From: Octopus vulgaris
Taxonomy: Eukaryota
Assembly: GCA_951406725.2 (NCBI GenBank)
Contig: OX597814.1
Span: 127,472,001-127,536,000, forward strand
Length of the DNA: 64,000 nucleotides
Direction: 5' to 3'
Shown: positions 24,806-38,862 of the stretch, piece by piece
Layout: the number at the start of each line of letters is the position of its first letter
How positions within the stretch are numbered: position 1 is the stretch's first letter
Notes under the pieces: model-generated
What the model was told of the DNA's origin: nothing
Seen by the model: the letters and a program-made list of their open reading frames with translations, nothing else
Databases searched by the model: none
Program-made: the position numbers and the translations under genes

Positions 24806-26779
24806 GAGATGCAGTTTGGGTTTGTGCCAGGGAAAAGTACTACTGATGCTATATTCCTGGTAAGGCAGCTGCAGGAGAAATACCTAGCCAAAGATAAGCC
24901 CCTGTACCTGGCTTTTGTTGACATGGAGAAAGCCTTCGACAGGGTCCCCCGATCCCTTATCTGGTGGTCAATGAGGAAACTAGGGATAGATGAATGGTTA
25001 GTGAGAGCTGTGCGGGCCATGTATAGGGACACTGCTAGTAAGGTGAGGGTTGGCAACGAGTACAGTGAAGAATTCCGGGTAGAGGTAGGGGTCCACCAAG
25101 GCTCAGTCCTCAGCCCCCTCCTATTTATCATAGTCCTCCAGGCAATAACAGAGGAATTCAAGACAGGATGCCCCTGGGAGCTCCTCTATGCTGATGACCT
25201 TGCTCTAATTTCTGAGTCGCTATCAGAACTGGAGGAGAAGTTTCAGGTGTGGAAACAAGGCTTAGAATCGAAGGGCCTCAAAGTCAATCTAGCTAAAACC
25301 AAAGTCGTAATCAGTAGGAAGGTAGACAAATCACAAACGCCTTCAGGTAGATGGCCCTGCTCAATCTGTAGAAAAGGTGTAGGTAGAAACTCTATAAGAT
25401 GCACCAAGTGTAAGCTATGGACACATAAGAGGTGCAGCAATGTCAAAGGAAGGCTAACTAGGAAGATGGTTTTTGTATGTGGCAGATGCTCAGGAACAAT
25501 AAACACTGAAAATGCTCTGAGACCAACTTCCGTCACTTTCCAGGGAGAAAAACTAGAAATAGTTGATAGCTTCCGTTACCTAGGTGACCAAGTCAGCAGC
25601 GGGGGGCGGGTGTGCTGAAAGTGTAACTGCTAGGTAAGAATAGCTTGGGCAAAGTTCAGAGAGCTCTTACCTCTGCTGGTGACAAAAGGCCTCTCGCACA
25701 GAGTGAAAGGCAGACTGTATGATGCGTGTGTATGAACAGCCATGCTACATGGCAGTGAAACATGGGCCGTGACTGCTGAGGATATGCGTAAGCTCGCAAG
25801 AAATGAAGCCAGTATGTTCCGATGGATGTGTAATGTCAGTACTCATACTCGGCAGAGTGTAAGTACCTTGAGAGAAAAGCTGGGCCTAAGAAGCATCAGT
25901 TGTGGTGTGCAAGAGAGACGTTTGCGCTGGTATGGTCATGTGGCGAGAATGGCTGAAGATAGTTGTGTGAAAAAGTGCCACACCCTAGCGGTTGAAGGAA
26001 CCTGCGGAAGAAGCAGACCCAGGAAAACCTGGGACGAGGTGGTGAAGCACGACCTTCGAAGTTTAGGTCTCACTGAGGAAATGACTAGAGACCGAGACCT
26101 CTGGAAGTGTGCTGTGCGCGAGAAGACCCGGCAGGACAAGTGAGTCCATAACCCGTGGCCTTCTACATGGGATGGAGCCAGCCTACGTATGCATACCTTC
26201 CCTTCTTGGGACACAAAACTCTACTTGTGAAGACCTGTTGAGACAAGTGAGGATCAGAATCGAAATCGATCAATGGAAATTGCAGATATGTTACCAGTGC
26301 CCATGGCATGTCGAAACTCTACTTGTGAAGACCTGTTGAGGCAAGTGAGGATCAGAATGGAAATCGATCAATGGAAATTGCAGATGTGTTACCAGTGCCG
26401 GTGGCATGTAAGAGAACCTTCCGTTTCGCGACCGTTGCCAGCGCCGCCCTGACTGGCCTCATGCCGGTGGCACGTAAAAAGCACCATCCGTTCGTGTCCA
26501 TTGCCAGCCTTGCCTGGCCCTTGTGCCGGTGGCACATAAAAACCACCATCCGTTCGTGGCCGTTTGCCAGCTCTGTCTGGCACCTGTGCGGGTGGCACGT
26601 AAAAAGCACCCACTACACTCACGGAGTGGTTGGCGTTAGGAAGGGCATCCAGCCGTAGAAACACTGCCAGATTTGACTGGGCCTGATGAAGCCTTCTGGC
26701 TTCACAGACCCCAGTAGAACCGTCCAACGCATGCTAGCATGGAAAACGGACGCTAAACGATGATGATGATGATGATGAT
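24804..26779 (+). pseudogene. 5'-truncated RTE LINE, RT pseudogene with frameshifts
   Basis: QFGF, FVDMEKAFD, GVHQGSVLSPLLF, YADD, YLG motifs; frameshift ~25610; 3'UTR and (GAT)n tail. Confidence 0.95.
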
Positions 26780-26789
26780 ACATATACAT

Positions 26790-26961
26790 ACCGGAGTAAG
26801 CACATAAATGTGAAACAAGGTGGAAAAAAGAGTACTCAAATACCAGGGGTAGAGTAATATGCTTTATTTAAAAGCAGCAGAAATTCAACAAAACCTGCTA
26901 CTCTGAGTTTCACGTTCCCAGTAACAGGTTTTGTTGAGTTTATGCTGCTTTTAAATAAAGT
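26790..26961 (-). mobile_element. Family H1 copy with inverted partial duplicate
   Basis: 26790-26919 is the reverse complement of 2061-2190; 26920-26961 is a plus-strand copy starting AGTA|ACAGG. Confidence 0.85.
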
Positions 26962-27052
26962 ACATATATATATATATATATCATCACCATCATCATTTAC
27001 TGTCTGTCTTCCATGCGTGTATATATGTATATATATATACATACACACACAT

Positions 27053-27083
<31 letters not shown>

Positions 27084-27086
27084 TAT

Positions 27087-27134
<48 letters not shown>

Positions 27135-27492
27135 GTGTGTGTGTGTTTATGTATGTGTGTATATGACTATATATCAATTCATTTGAAGCTGAGGTTTGCT
27201 TTCATCACAAGTCACAAGTTACAGTTTCATATGACAGGACTTACTATGTTTAACACACAACCAAGCATAACATATACGCAATTTCAACAAACAGTACCAG
27301 ACTATTATGAGGCTAAGGAGACCTATCAAAATTCATATAAGAAATATTTGAGAAATATCTAATACTGTTTACGGTTTGGACAGTAAAAGAAATAATCATT
27401 TTTTTAAATTGTTGATTTTGTTTTCAAATTCACAATGCTTTTATTATACATTTTGTTCTTTTATGCATCATTTTTTGTTTATTTTTTGACTA

Positions 27493-27901
27493 CTCTCTTT
27501 ACTCTCTTTACTTGTTTCAGTCATTTGACTGTGGCCATGCTGGAGCACCACCTTTAGTCGACCAAATCGACCTCAGGACTTATTCTTTGTAAGCCTAGTA
27601 CTTACTCTATCAGTCTCTTTTGCCAAACTGCTAAGTTACAGGGATGTAAACACACCAGCATCAGTTGTCAAGCGATGTTGGGGGGTGGACAAACACAGAC
27701 ACACAAAAATATACACACACACATACATATATACGGTGGCACGTTAAAAGCACCCACTACACTCATGGAGTGGTTGGCGTTAGGAAGGGCATCCAGATCA
27801 GACTAGGCCTGGTGCAGCCTCCTGGCTTCCCAGACCCCGGTTGTACTGTCTAACCCATGCTAGCATGGAAAACGGACGTTAAACAATGATGATGATGATG
27901 A

Positions 27902-27978
<77 letters not shown>

Positions 27979-28143
27979 CGACGGGCTTCCTTCAGTTTCT
28001 GTCTACCAAATCCACTCACAAGGCTTTGGTCGGCCTGAGGCTATAGTAGAAGACTCTTGCCCCAAGGTGCCACGCAGTGGGACTGAACCTGGAACCATGT
28101 GGTTGGTAAGCAAGCTACATACCACACAGCTACTCCTACGCCT
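27493..28143 (-). mobile_element. CORE-like SINE A with nested RTE tail (27735-27904, +)
   Basis: SINE halves flank an RTE 3' stub inserted in its internal microsatellite. Confidence 0.85.
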
Positions 28144-28583
28144 ATACAGTCACTCCTATGCTTACCATAATTTTTTTTAATATCTTGTAACCTAGTCGTA
28201 GGAGAAAAGGTAGTATTCTTGACCTTTTTCAATGCTTGCAAGTGTTGATGATACAAAAGAAAGGAACTATTCTTAGACTAGAAATCTGGCCTAAATGCTT
28301 ACAATAGTGTGGACTCTGTTAAAATGCAATAAAGAGCCAGAACGTTGTGTTAAATTGGTCTGTGGATTAAGGAATTAAGCATCACCCAAGAACAGGACAG
28401 CTTTCTACATAGTTTCCACCTATCAAATTTCACTCACAAGACTTAGGTTGATCCAATGGTGCAGTAGATAACACTTGGTATCCTCTACCAAGTGCCACCT
28501 GGTGAGATTGAACCCAAAACCACATAGTTGTGAAGCAAACTTTTTAACCAGACAACTATGCCTGTGCCATAAACATTTTTCTT

Positions 28584-29065
28584 AATCCATTATATGCTGC
28601 AGAAGCAATATTAGATTAAAATAGCCATCTGTGTATCATACTCAATGTAAATACATCTAAGAAAGCAAATTTACTGCAGTATTCATCCGAAGAGAGTATC
28701 TTTTATGGATGTGCTGGGTTTAAAACACAATATATATATTGGAGGCAAACAAAAATTGTTCTACCAGTGGCTGGTGAGAAGGCGAGATGTGCATTTATGC
28801 CATGTTGAGTGTTGTCAGTAGCATTTACTTACAGCAAACTGTTTGCTGAGACAAAAGCTATCACCACTGCTATCAGAAAACAGTGAATTAATAATCACTG
28901 GTGTTGCAGATAGTCATCTTACTGAATAAAAATCCATTATATGCTACAGAAGCAGTATTAGATTAAAATAGTTGCCTGTGTATCATATTTAATGTAAATA
29001 GATCAATTTACTACAAGCTTCATCTGGTTATAATAGCTCTTATGGATATCTGGTGTTTAAAAACA
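28584..29065. repeat. Diverged ~140-bp direct repeat (28584-28727 / 28932-29065)
   Basis: AATCCATTATATGCTRCAGAAGCARTATTAGATTAAAATAG... repeated ~348 bp apart. Confidence 0.75.
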
Positions 29066-29153
29066 GGCACGGCATGTCCATAAGAGATGTTATCTCCAGA
29101 TGAATACCACAGTAAGCTTGCTTTTTGTGATATATTTACATTAAATATGATGC

Positions 29154-30330
29154 ATCATCATCATCATCATCATTTAATGTCCGCTTTCCATGCTAGCATG
29201 GGTTGGACGATTTTGACTGAGGGCTGGCGAACCAGATGGCTGCACCAGGCTCCAATCTTGATTTGGCAGAGTTTCTACAGCTGGATGCCCTTCCTAACGC
29301 CAACCACTCCAAGAGTGTAGTGGGTGCTTTTTACGTGCCACCGGCATGGGAGCCAGTCAGGTGGTACTGGCAACGACCTTGCTCAAATTCTTTTACGCAT
29401 GCCACCAGCACAGGTGCCAGTAAGGCGATGTTGATAACGATCATGCTCGAGTGGTGCCCTTTTACGTGCCACTGACACAGAAGCCAGTTGGCTGCTCTGG
29501 CAACGATCACGCTCGGATGGTGCTCTTGGTACCCTACTAGCACAGGCACAAGTGCCAGTAAGGTGACGCTGGTAACGATCATGTGCGAATGGTGCCCTTT
29601 AAGTGCCACTGGCATGGAAGCTGGTTAGCCACTCTGTCAATGATCACGCTTGTATGGTGCTCTTTGCACCCTGCTAGCATGGACGCCAGTCATCGAATTT
29701 GATTTTGATGCATACATGATTATTGATGCATACATGACTATTCTTAATATTTCTGAAATAGTTTTATGCATCTGCGATTATGAGAAGGCTTGTGGCTTCA
29801 TGGTTAGGATGTTTGGATCATCATTATCACTACCATTCAACATCCATTTTCCATGCTGGCATGGGTTGGACAGTTTGATAGAATTTGGTAAGGATGGAGG
29901 CCACACCAGGCTCCATTGTCTGTTTTGTCATGTTTTCTACAGTGGGATGCTCTTCCTAATGCCAATCACTTTACAGAGTGTTCTGGGATTTTTTTATGTG
30001 GCACCTGCGCTAGTGCATTTTACATGGCACTAGTGCCAGTGCTTTTTACATGCCATCAGGGTCAATCATGGGTGGAAAGAAATGAAGGTTAGATGTAAAA
30101 TTGTCAGTAGTCATCGTCATCATCATCATCATCACCATTGTTTAAAGTCTGCTCTCCATGCTGGCATGAGTTGGACAGTTTGACTGAGGGCTGGCAAGCC
30201 AGCTGGCTGCACCAGGCTCCAATCTGATCTGGCAGTGTTTCTACAGTTGGATGCCCTTCCTAACACCAACCACTCTGAAAGTGTAGTGGGTGCTTTTTAT
30301 GTGCCACCGGTATGAGAGCCAATCCAGATG
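29154..30330 (-). mobile_element. Three consecutive RTE 3'UTR stubs (29154-29708, 29820-30050, 30111-30330)
   Basis: Each starts with (CAT)n and the reverse-complement RTE tail. Confidence 0.8.
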
Positions 30331-30731
30331 GGACGATCATGGCAGGAATAGTTTCATCATGGATCTACTTGATTGGAGGTGACTGGGATTTTAAAGAACA
30401 ACATCAACAACAATGTTAGCAGCAGCAGCAGCAGCAGTAGTAATAGTAGATGTTGAATTAGCTTCCTGGAATTGTCCTGTGTTGTGTTACTCTTTTATTC
30501 TTTCATTTGTTTTGGTCATTTGACTGCAGCCATGCGGGAGCACCAACGTAAGGAATTTTAGTCAAACAAATCAACCCCAGGACTTATTCATTGTAAACCT
30601 CTATTGATTTCTTTTGCTGAACTGCTAAGTTACGAGGATCTAAACACACCAACATCAGTTGTCCAGTAATTGTGGGGGGACACACAGAGACACAAACACA
30701 CAAATATATACATATATATATATACACATAT

Positions 30732-31309
30732 AAGAGGAATGACCACTAGGTGGACTCCTAATATGCTAAATGGAGACCCCATATGGGATGACCGCTAAGA
30801 AAAATTGTTCTCAAGAAAATTCGGAAAATGCCAGAATGTAAAGCGGGCAAGACAAATGAAAAGATACAAAATATAATGATTAGTCACATACCAGGTTTCA
30901 TTGTTACCATTTAATTTACATAAATGTCTGCAAATCTTCAGTGTGACCATCATAGAAAATATAATTTACAGAACTATACACAAGACATCCTTCTGAGAGG
31001 GAACATGCATACAGTTCTATCAATTATATTTGGATATATATTTCAAATGTCTTCGTTTTGGCGCGCTGAAGCCGGAAATGACACTGCAGAAAATAATTTT
31101 CTGCATCAAAGCCAGCCGATTAGAGAACATGGTTATTTAAATTTAAATAATAAAGGTAAAAAATTGATATTAATTAGATTAATATTGATTTAAACCAGTG
31201 GCCTAGTACATTGAACAAAATCTGAAGATTCAGAAATTTATATTACATACATAGAAGAGGAATGACCACTAGGTGGACTCCCAATATGCTAAATGTAGAC
31301 CCCATATGG
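30732..31309 (-). mobile_element. Retrozyme-like element H3: 523-nt unit + 55-bp terminal direct repeat
   Basis: Direct repeats 30732-30786 and 31255-31309 (2 mismatches); one internal HHR; no meaningful ORF. Confidence 0.75.
30876..30953 (-). ncRNA. Type I hammerhead ribozyme motif with long stem I
   Basis: ATGATG-GTCACA-CTGAAGA-[35 nt incl. TTG/CAA and CATTTA/TAAATG]-GAAAC-CTG-GTA-TGTGAC-TA-ATCAT. Confidence 0.75.
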
Positions 31310-32169
31310 TCTGAGGCTTCTTTCAGTTTCCATCAACCAAATGCACTCACAAGGCTTTGGTTGGCCTCAGGCTATAGTAGAAGACACATGCCCAAGATGC
31401 CACACTAAACCTGGAACTATGTGGTTGGGAAGCAAGCTTTTTACCACACAGCCATGCCTGCATGACAATTTGTCTTATATTTATTCATTTTATATTGAAT
31501 ACTGTATCCAAGTTGGTGTTAAAGACTATAATTTTGAGTGTTCCTTGTACCTACTTAATGTAACTCACCTAGATACTCATTCTCTCTCTCTCTCTCTCTG
31601 TATGTTTGTATGTGTGTATATATGTGTGTATGTGTGTGTCACCACTACCTCTTTAGAGATCACACTCATTCATTTTCACACACACATATATATACACACA
31701 CACACATACTCACACAAACACATGCACACAGCACACACCACATACACACCACACACACACACACACACACACCACATACACACACCATACACACACACAC
31801 ACACACATATACTCACACACAACACACACCACATGCACACACACACACACCACACACTTCAACACACACCACATGCACACACACACACACCACACACTTC
31901 ACACACTTGGCTGAAAGCCTCCTTCCTATCATCTGCTATAAACCCACTTTGTTATGGGTCTTTTCTTTTGTCTTGCAGATTACTTGGAAACCCTACTATT
32001 GCAGGTGTCATGAAAAAACACCCAGTAAACGGTATAATGGTTGGTGTTAGGAAAGGCATCCAGTTGTAGAAACCATGCCAAAACAGATAATAGAGCTCAA
32101 CAAAGTCCTCCGGGTCACTGGATCAAATCAAATCATCCAACACATGCCTCCATGGATGACAGGCATTAA

Positions 32170-32211
<42 letters not shown>

Positions 32212-32224
32212 ATGGTGATGATGG

Positions 32225-32274
<50 letters not shown>

Positions 32275-32350
32275 TTGATGATGGTGGTGGTGGTAGTGAT
32301 GACAATGATGATGAAGATGATAATGATCATGATGATAATCATGATTATGA
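32170..32350. repeat. (CTG)n(GAT)n triplet repeat, expanded tail of an RTE stub (~32000-32170)
   Basis: Direct reading. Confidence 0.85.
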
Positions 32351-32734
32351 TTACATATTTATCCTAATTACCACTACCACTGCCATCACTGCCACAACTA
32401 TCAACATCAACATCAACCATTATGTCCATCATCATCATTTCACTATTTAAAAATTATGCAAATCATGTTGGAGATTTATTTTCTTTTAATGCTTTTCTTT
32501 ATTTAATGTCTCTAAAACTAATTTGTAACTTATTTTGATTCTTATTTACTTTCTATCAATTTTGCTTAACAATATCTTTACTTGGGACAATCCTTTGTCA
32601 CTTAGTCTTTGATGAGAATACAATGATAGACCCATTTAAAAGGGATTGCCTGTGTAATGAGGTAAGTCAATTACTCTATGTGGTTTTTTGTTCAAATATA
32701 CCAGATTTTTATTTTTATTTTTATTAACAAAAAT

Positions 32735-33547
32735 ATATTGAATCATCCCATAAATAATGCTGTTTTTTTCAATTGCATGAGCTAAAAGTTGGAGGGAGAT
32801 GGGATAAACTACCTGCATCAACTTGCTGTAAAAGCAGGTAGTAATTTTACCTTGTATTTATTCTTAGTGCGGTTTTGAAGAGTGCAGTTCGATTTTAACA
32901 GTTATTTTTTCAAAGTTGTAATGGAAGTGACAAAGGAGCATATTCAGCAAATTTTACTCTATGAGTTCAATAAAGGCAACAACGCAATGGAAAGAGCAAG
33001 GAATATTAATGCAGTATATGGGGATTGAATAATAAGTGTAAGCCAGTGTCAATGGTGGTTCTAGAAATTCTGAGCCAGAAACTATAGCCTAGCTGAGCCT
33101 CATCCTGCAAGGTCTGTAGAGCTTGACGAAGATCTCCTACAACCCTGGTGGAACAAAATGCCATTGTAATTGTTGAGGAACTGAGCTTGGATTTGGTCAT
33201 TCAGCCAATCATTGACACCTGCATGCCATTGGAATAGTCAGAAAATTGGGTTGATGAGTTCCTCACAGACTTTCCGAGTCTAATTACGTGCAGAGAGTGA
33301 ATATGTGCTCTTCTTTGCTATCATGTGTCATGAATGAACATTTTTTGGACCGAATAGTAACTGGTGATGAGAGATGGGTTCTCTATAAAAATGTCAAGTA
33401 TTGAAGACAGTGGGTAGGGAAAGGGGAAATACCCGGCACCCCAGGCTAAAGAAAATCTTCACCCATGTAAAATTTTGTCATCGGTTTGGTGGGATATGGA
33501 AGGTTTAGTTCATTATGAACTTTTAAACCCAAACCAAATGATAACAA
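32735..33547 (+). pseudogene. mariner transposase pseudogene, 3'-truncated
   Basis: From 32921 MEVTKEHIQQILLYEFNKG, VPHRL, IVTGDERWVLY, VWWD..G..HYELL; multiple stops. Confidence 0.9.
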
Positions 33548-33574
33548 GAGAGAGATAACAAGTGACATGCCCTT

Positions 33575-33718
33575 CACTTAGTGGTTTGGCAAAAGAGACC
33601 GATAGAATAAGTACTAGGCTTACAAAAAATAAGTCCTGAGGTTGATTTGCTCGATGAAAGGCGATGCTCCTGCATGGCCACAGTCAAATGACAGGAACGA
33701 GTAAAAGAGTAAAAGAGT
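33575..33718 (+). mobile_element. SINE A 3' fragment
   Basis: AATAAGTACTAGGCTTAC...GAGTAAAAGAGTA tail. Confidence 0.8.
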
Positions 33719-34072
33719 ATATCTAGCAACCCTGGTTGCTTACCGTGAAATATTAAAAAAAAATGTTTTTCAGCATATACTTTAATATGAAAAAAATCCA
33801 CAACCTTCCACCTCAGTAAACCACTATTGTTCCTGAAAGTTGTTTTTCATATTTACTATGGATTTCTTTAAGCTAACTTTTTTCTACACCTCGGCCCTTG
33901 AAGCTTATATTTATTTATTTATATATATATATATATATGTATGTATACTAGCTGAGGTACCCAGTAATAAATTACTGTTAATAAGATGTCTGTTTATAGC
34001 CATGAAACATTTTTCAAAAATTTTAAATTTATATTAATAGGTAGGACCAATTTGATGATGATGATGATGATG

Positions 34073-34128
<56 letters not shown>

Positions 34129-34130
34129 CG

Positions 34131-34191
<61 letters not shown>

Positions 34192-34349
34192 CAGACAGAT
34201 AGATAGACAGTCAGACAGATAAATAGATAGACAGACAGACAGACAGACAGATAGATAAATAGATAGGTAGACAGATAGATAGATAGACAGATAGACAGAC
34301 AGATAGATAGACAGATAGACAGACAGATAGATAGACAGATAGACAGATT

Positions 34350-34400
<51 letters not shown>

Positions 34401-35063
34401 TCTTTTATTCTTTTATTCTTTTACCACATGAGTTCAGGTTCAACCGCACTATGTCACACTTTTGACAAGTGTCTTCTACTGATGTTCTAGACCAACCAAA
34501 GCATTGTGAGTGGATTTGATAGATGGAAACTGAAAGAAGCCCATCATCATCATGGTGGTCATGGTAACAGCAGCAGTGATGTGGTGGTGGTGGTGGTGGT
34601 GGTGGTGGTGGTGGTGGTGATGATGACAACATTGTAGTAACACTTATAGATAACTTCAAAAATATAATGAATAAGAGCAAAGGAATAAATAGAAAGGCTG
34701 TAAAAGAAAGAGAGATGGAGCTCTATGGTAATAGTGTCAGCAAGCAGTAAAGTATGCTGGGATGACTAAATCTACTTCCCCAAAATTACACTCATTAAAC
34801 AGCAATTAATTAGAAAAAGCTATTGAAGTTTCTAGATTTAAGTTGTCAAAATATAAAATTTCAGTATCTTATTTATTATTGAGATCTTTTAATCTATTTA
34901 TAGATAAAATCTAATTATAGGAAATGCTGGGTGTTTCAGAAGTTTGCTTTACAGGTTGAGGTTCAATCCTGCTCAGCAGTTTTTGAGGTAAGTCTACAAA
35001 AAACTTTGGTTGGCTAATTCCATTTGAATGAAATTTGGTACTTAGAAATTGTGCAGAGGCCAT

Positions 35064-35096
<33 letters not shown>

Positions 35097-35239
35097 ACGC
35101 GTGCATGTGTGTATTTCAAGCCATCCAACACATGCCAGCATCGAAAACAAGTTAAACGATGATGATACAAAAATGTTGTTGACGGTGACTTCGAAGTTTT
35201 GGCCACCATACCATTTTTTTTTCATTATTTCTGAGCTGG

Positions 35240-35870
35240 AAAGCAGTGAGCTAGTAGAATCATTACTACAGTGGACAAAATGCTTAACAGCATTTCTTTC
35301 AGTTCTTTATGTTCTGAGTTCAAATGCTGAGTTCAAATCGAAATCGGTCAAAAATCAATGAAAATTGCAGTTGTGATACCAGTGCCAGTGGCACGTAAAA
35401 GAACCATCCGAACATGGCTGTTGCCAGCGCCACCTCGATTGGCCTCCATGCTGGTGGCACATAAAAAGCACCAACCAATCGTGGCCATTGCTAGCCTTGC
35501 CTGGCACCTGTGCCAGTGACACATAAAAAGCACCAACCAATCGTGGCCGTTGCTAGCCTCACCTGGCACCTGTGCTTGTGGCACGTAAAAAGCACCCATT
35601 AAATTCACAGAGTGGTTGGTGTTAAGAAGGGCAGCCAGCTGTAGAAACACTGCCAGATCAGACTGGGCCTGGTGCAGCCTCCTGGCTTCGCAGACCCCAG
35701 TCGAACCATCCAACCCATGCTAGCATGGAAAGCGGACGTTAAACGCTGATGATGATGATGATGATGAGGTTGACTTTGCTCTCACTCTTTTAGGGAGCCA
35801 ATAGAATAAGTATCAGTTTAGCAAATAAACCCCTAAAATTACTGACCTTGTACCCAAATCTGAAATCATT
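35240..35870 (+). mobile_element. SINE B split by an RTE 3'UTR stub (35340-35766)
   Basis: SINE B head before, and GGTTGACTTTGC... after, the RTE stub with (GAT)n. Confidence 0.75.
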
Positions 35871-36110
35871 ATTTCTAAGCTGATAGGATAGTGTTGCCTT
35901 TTTGCCTATTACTAGTGCATCTTAGCTGCTTCCTGTCTGGATGAGGTCATATTTCTGAATGCCAAACTCAGCTAAACATAGCTAAACAGGAAAAACAGGA
36001 GAGAAAGGTACCTTTTACTTTTTTATCTTTTACTCATTTCAGTCATTGGGCTTTTGGCCATGCTGGAGCACTGCCTCTAAGGCTTCAGCTAGAAAAGTTG
36101 CCCCCAGTAC

Positions 36111-36310
36111 TTACTCACTTTACTCTTTTACTTGTTTCAGTCATTTGACTGTGGCTATGCTGGAGCACCATCTTTAGTCGAGCAAATCGACACCAGGACT
36201 TATTCTTTGTAAGCCTAGTACTTATTCTATCGGTCTCTTTTTCCAAACTGCTAAGTGACAGGGACATAAACACACCAGCATCGGTTGTCAAGCAATGTTG
36301 GGAGGACAGT
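36111..36310 (-). mobile_element. SINE A 3' half (older tail at 36010-36110)
   Basis: Family A tail sequence. Confidence 0.8.
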
Positions 36311-37452
36311 TTCCATCAACTGAATTCACTCACAAGACATTACTTGGTTAGAGCTATAGTAAAAGACATTTGAGGATATCTTCCTTTCTCTTTCCCACCT
36401 GATTCAGAGGCCTTGTAAGGGGTCATGGGTATTGTCATCCCTTCTGAGTAAACGATGAAAAAAAAATTACAAATAATCCAAGAAAATATACTTTGCAGAA
36501 ATAATAACACAGTAACATCAATGAAAACAAAAAAAACAATTATTTCTCTTCCCAAAATATTGAATATATTTTGAAAAAAAAAACCCCACATCACACAAAA
36601 TAAAATTCAGTAGTAGACATGACACAATCTAAAAATCCTGCAATACAACATTAATGATTTTAAAAATACTTTTGTATAACTAAAAGATTTTATCATTACT
36701 TACAACGTTTATATATCAGTAACTCAGGTTACATTTTTACTATTGAATGCATAGAACATCCATCATTCAAATTATATTCAAATCACATTAGACAGATTCT
36801 TTTGCACTGAAAGTGATCTGATATCATTCATAAACTAATAAGGAATGACACTAGGATTTCTAAATAAAAACTAGCAACACAAAGTACATTAATATAATAA
36901 ACGTCTACATGCACACACACACACACACCCACACACTTGTATAATTAATAAATGTATATTTATATATATAGTGAATGTATATATACAATATTCTGGTGCC
37001 GTGATTAAATGTGAGCAGAACTGCATGCTTTCCCAACTTTACTCTGATACCACTTATCTTTTTCACTACCTGGAACATGGAATCATTTCACTTGATATTT
37101 ATCCTTCATTCTTGAAACTGTGCTCTCCACCTACATTTTACATTGATCACATTCCAGTGTCATCAAATAATAACTGTTTCTCCACTACCATACATCTCTC
37201 ACTCTTTCTGTTCAGTATGCTTACCTTTCACCTACACTCTTGCAACCTATCCAACACACATCATCTTTCTCTCCTCCCTCTGTCTTTCTTCTTTTCTCTC
37301 TTCCTCTCATCTTCTCTCATCTGTAGGCTTGGGAACAGTGGGTACAAGCATACTCTCTAAAATTGGGATGGGGTAATAAAACCACTTTGAACATCCTGAG
37401 TGGAACCTGGATTTGCACCACTACCATTATCCTCCTCCTCCTCATCATCATC

Positions 37453-37484
<32 letters not shown>

Positions 37485-38554
37485 CATCATCATTTACTGT
37501 CCATTTTCCATGCTGGTATGAATTGGACAATTTAACAGAAGTTGGCAAGCCAGAGAGCTGTGTCATACTCTAATTGTCAGTTTTGGCATAGTTTCTATGG
37601 ATGCCTTTCTTGGTGCCAACCACTTTACAGAGTGTACTGGGTGCTTTTTATGTAGCACCAGAATGGATATTTTATATGTAGAACCAGCATGAATAGTTTA
37701 TACATGGCACCAGCATGGGTGCTTTTTATATGGTATCAGCACCTGAGAGCTCACAAGACAAGGACCTCTCAGTTGAGAGAAGGAGTGGAACCGTCCTGCA
37801 CAAATGCTCTCCCCTGTCTTCATTATTATGATTGTGCAGCTCTTCAATCCCATTTTTACACTGTCAGTCATCTCTTACTCCCCCTGCCTCCCCAAACTCA
37901 TAAACATCATTGGTCACCCTCTATCTACTAATCACTTTATCAATATTTCGACCCTACCTGATTTCTACAGTTGTCACCTACTCTTCCCTACCTTCTCTAC
38001 ACATCATCTCTCAACACTTGTGTTTCATCATACTCACTCCTCACCCATTTACCATCTCTAAACACCTCTTACTCTTCCATATCTTTACAACCTCTACCCA
38101 CCTACACTCCATGTTCTCCTGCTCCCACTCATTTCTAATCACTTCATATCTTGAGTGTCCACTCTGACACTTCATCACAGCTATTTTATCTCTTTCCAGC
38201 TCCACTCCAGTTACTTCCACCCTCTCTGCTATAATGTGTGTAACCATATACTTCCTCTACAGCATGGAATCTGTTCTGTCCTGTTCTGGTCCCTTCCCTC
38301 AGACTTTAATACCTCTTTTTATTGTAATCCCACTCAGCCAAAGATGACCTTAGCCTTGCACACAGTGAAGGCAATGTCTTCAAATGGTTACATAGAACAT
38401 CAAATGATTGCCTATGGCATACTCAAATGGGCAGAATGGTTCTCAGATAGGCAGAGATATGGTGTACATGTGGCACAATGAATTTGTGGGGTTACATCTC
38501 ATTGCTGGGCCAAAAGGATTGTTTGGTCAGGACTCAGCTGGAGCCAAACAATCA

Positions 38555-38862
38555 CCATTATCATTGTCATCGTCATTGTTGTCGTCGTTGTCGTTGTCAT
38601 AGTTGTCATCGTCGTTGTTGTCATCATCGTCGTTGTCATCGTTGTTGTTGTCATTGTCGTCATTGTCATTGTTATCGTCGTCGCTGTCATCGTTGTCATT
38701 GTCATCGTCGTTGTTGTCATCGTCATTGTTGTCATCCCCGTCGTTGTCATCGTCATCGTTGTCGTAGTCCTCCTCACCATCATCATCATCTCCCTCATCA
38801 TCATCATCACCACCACCACCACCACCACCACCATCATCATCTTCACCATCACCATTATCATT
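38555..38862. repeat. (GTC/GTT/CAT/CAC)n triplet mosaic
   Basis: Direct reading; explains the His/Cys/Arg and Met/Thr ORFs. Confidence 0.9.

Larger units (their letters stand above)
30488..31460 (-). mobile_element. CORE-like SINE A split by the insertion at 30732-31309
   Basis: Tail half 30488-30720, head half 31315-31460. Confidence 0.75.

Noticed and set aside
33944-33966. Possible Helitron 3' end on the minus strand (CTGGGTACCTCAGCTAGT)
   Set aside because: Only a terminus-like motif; no recognisable body or 5' end
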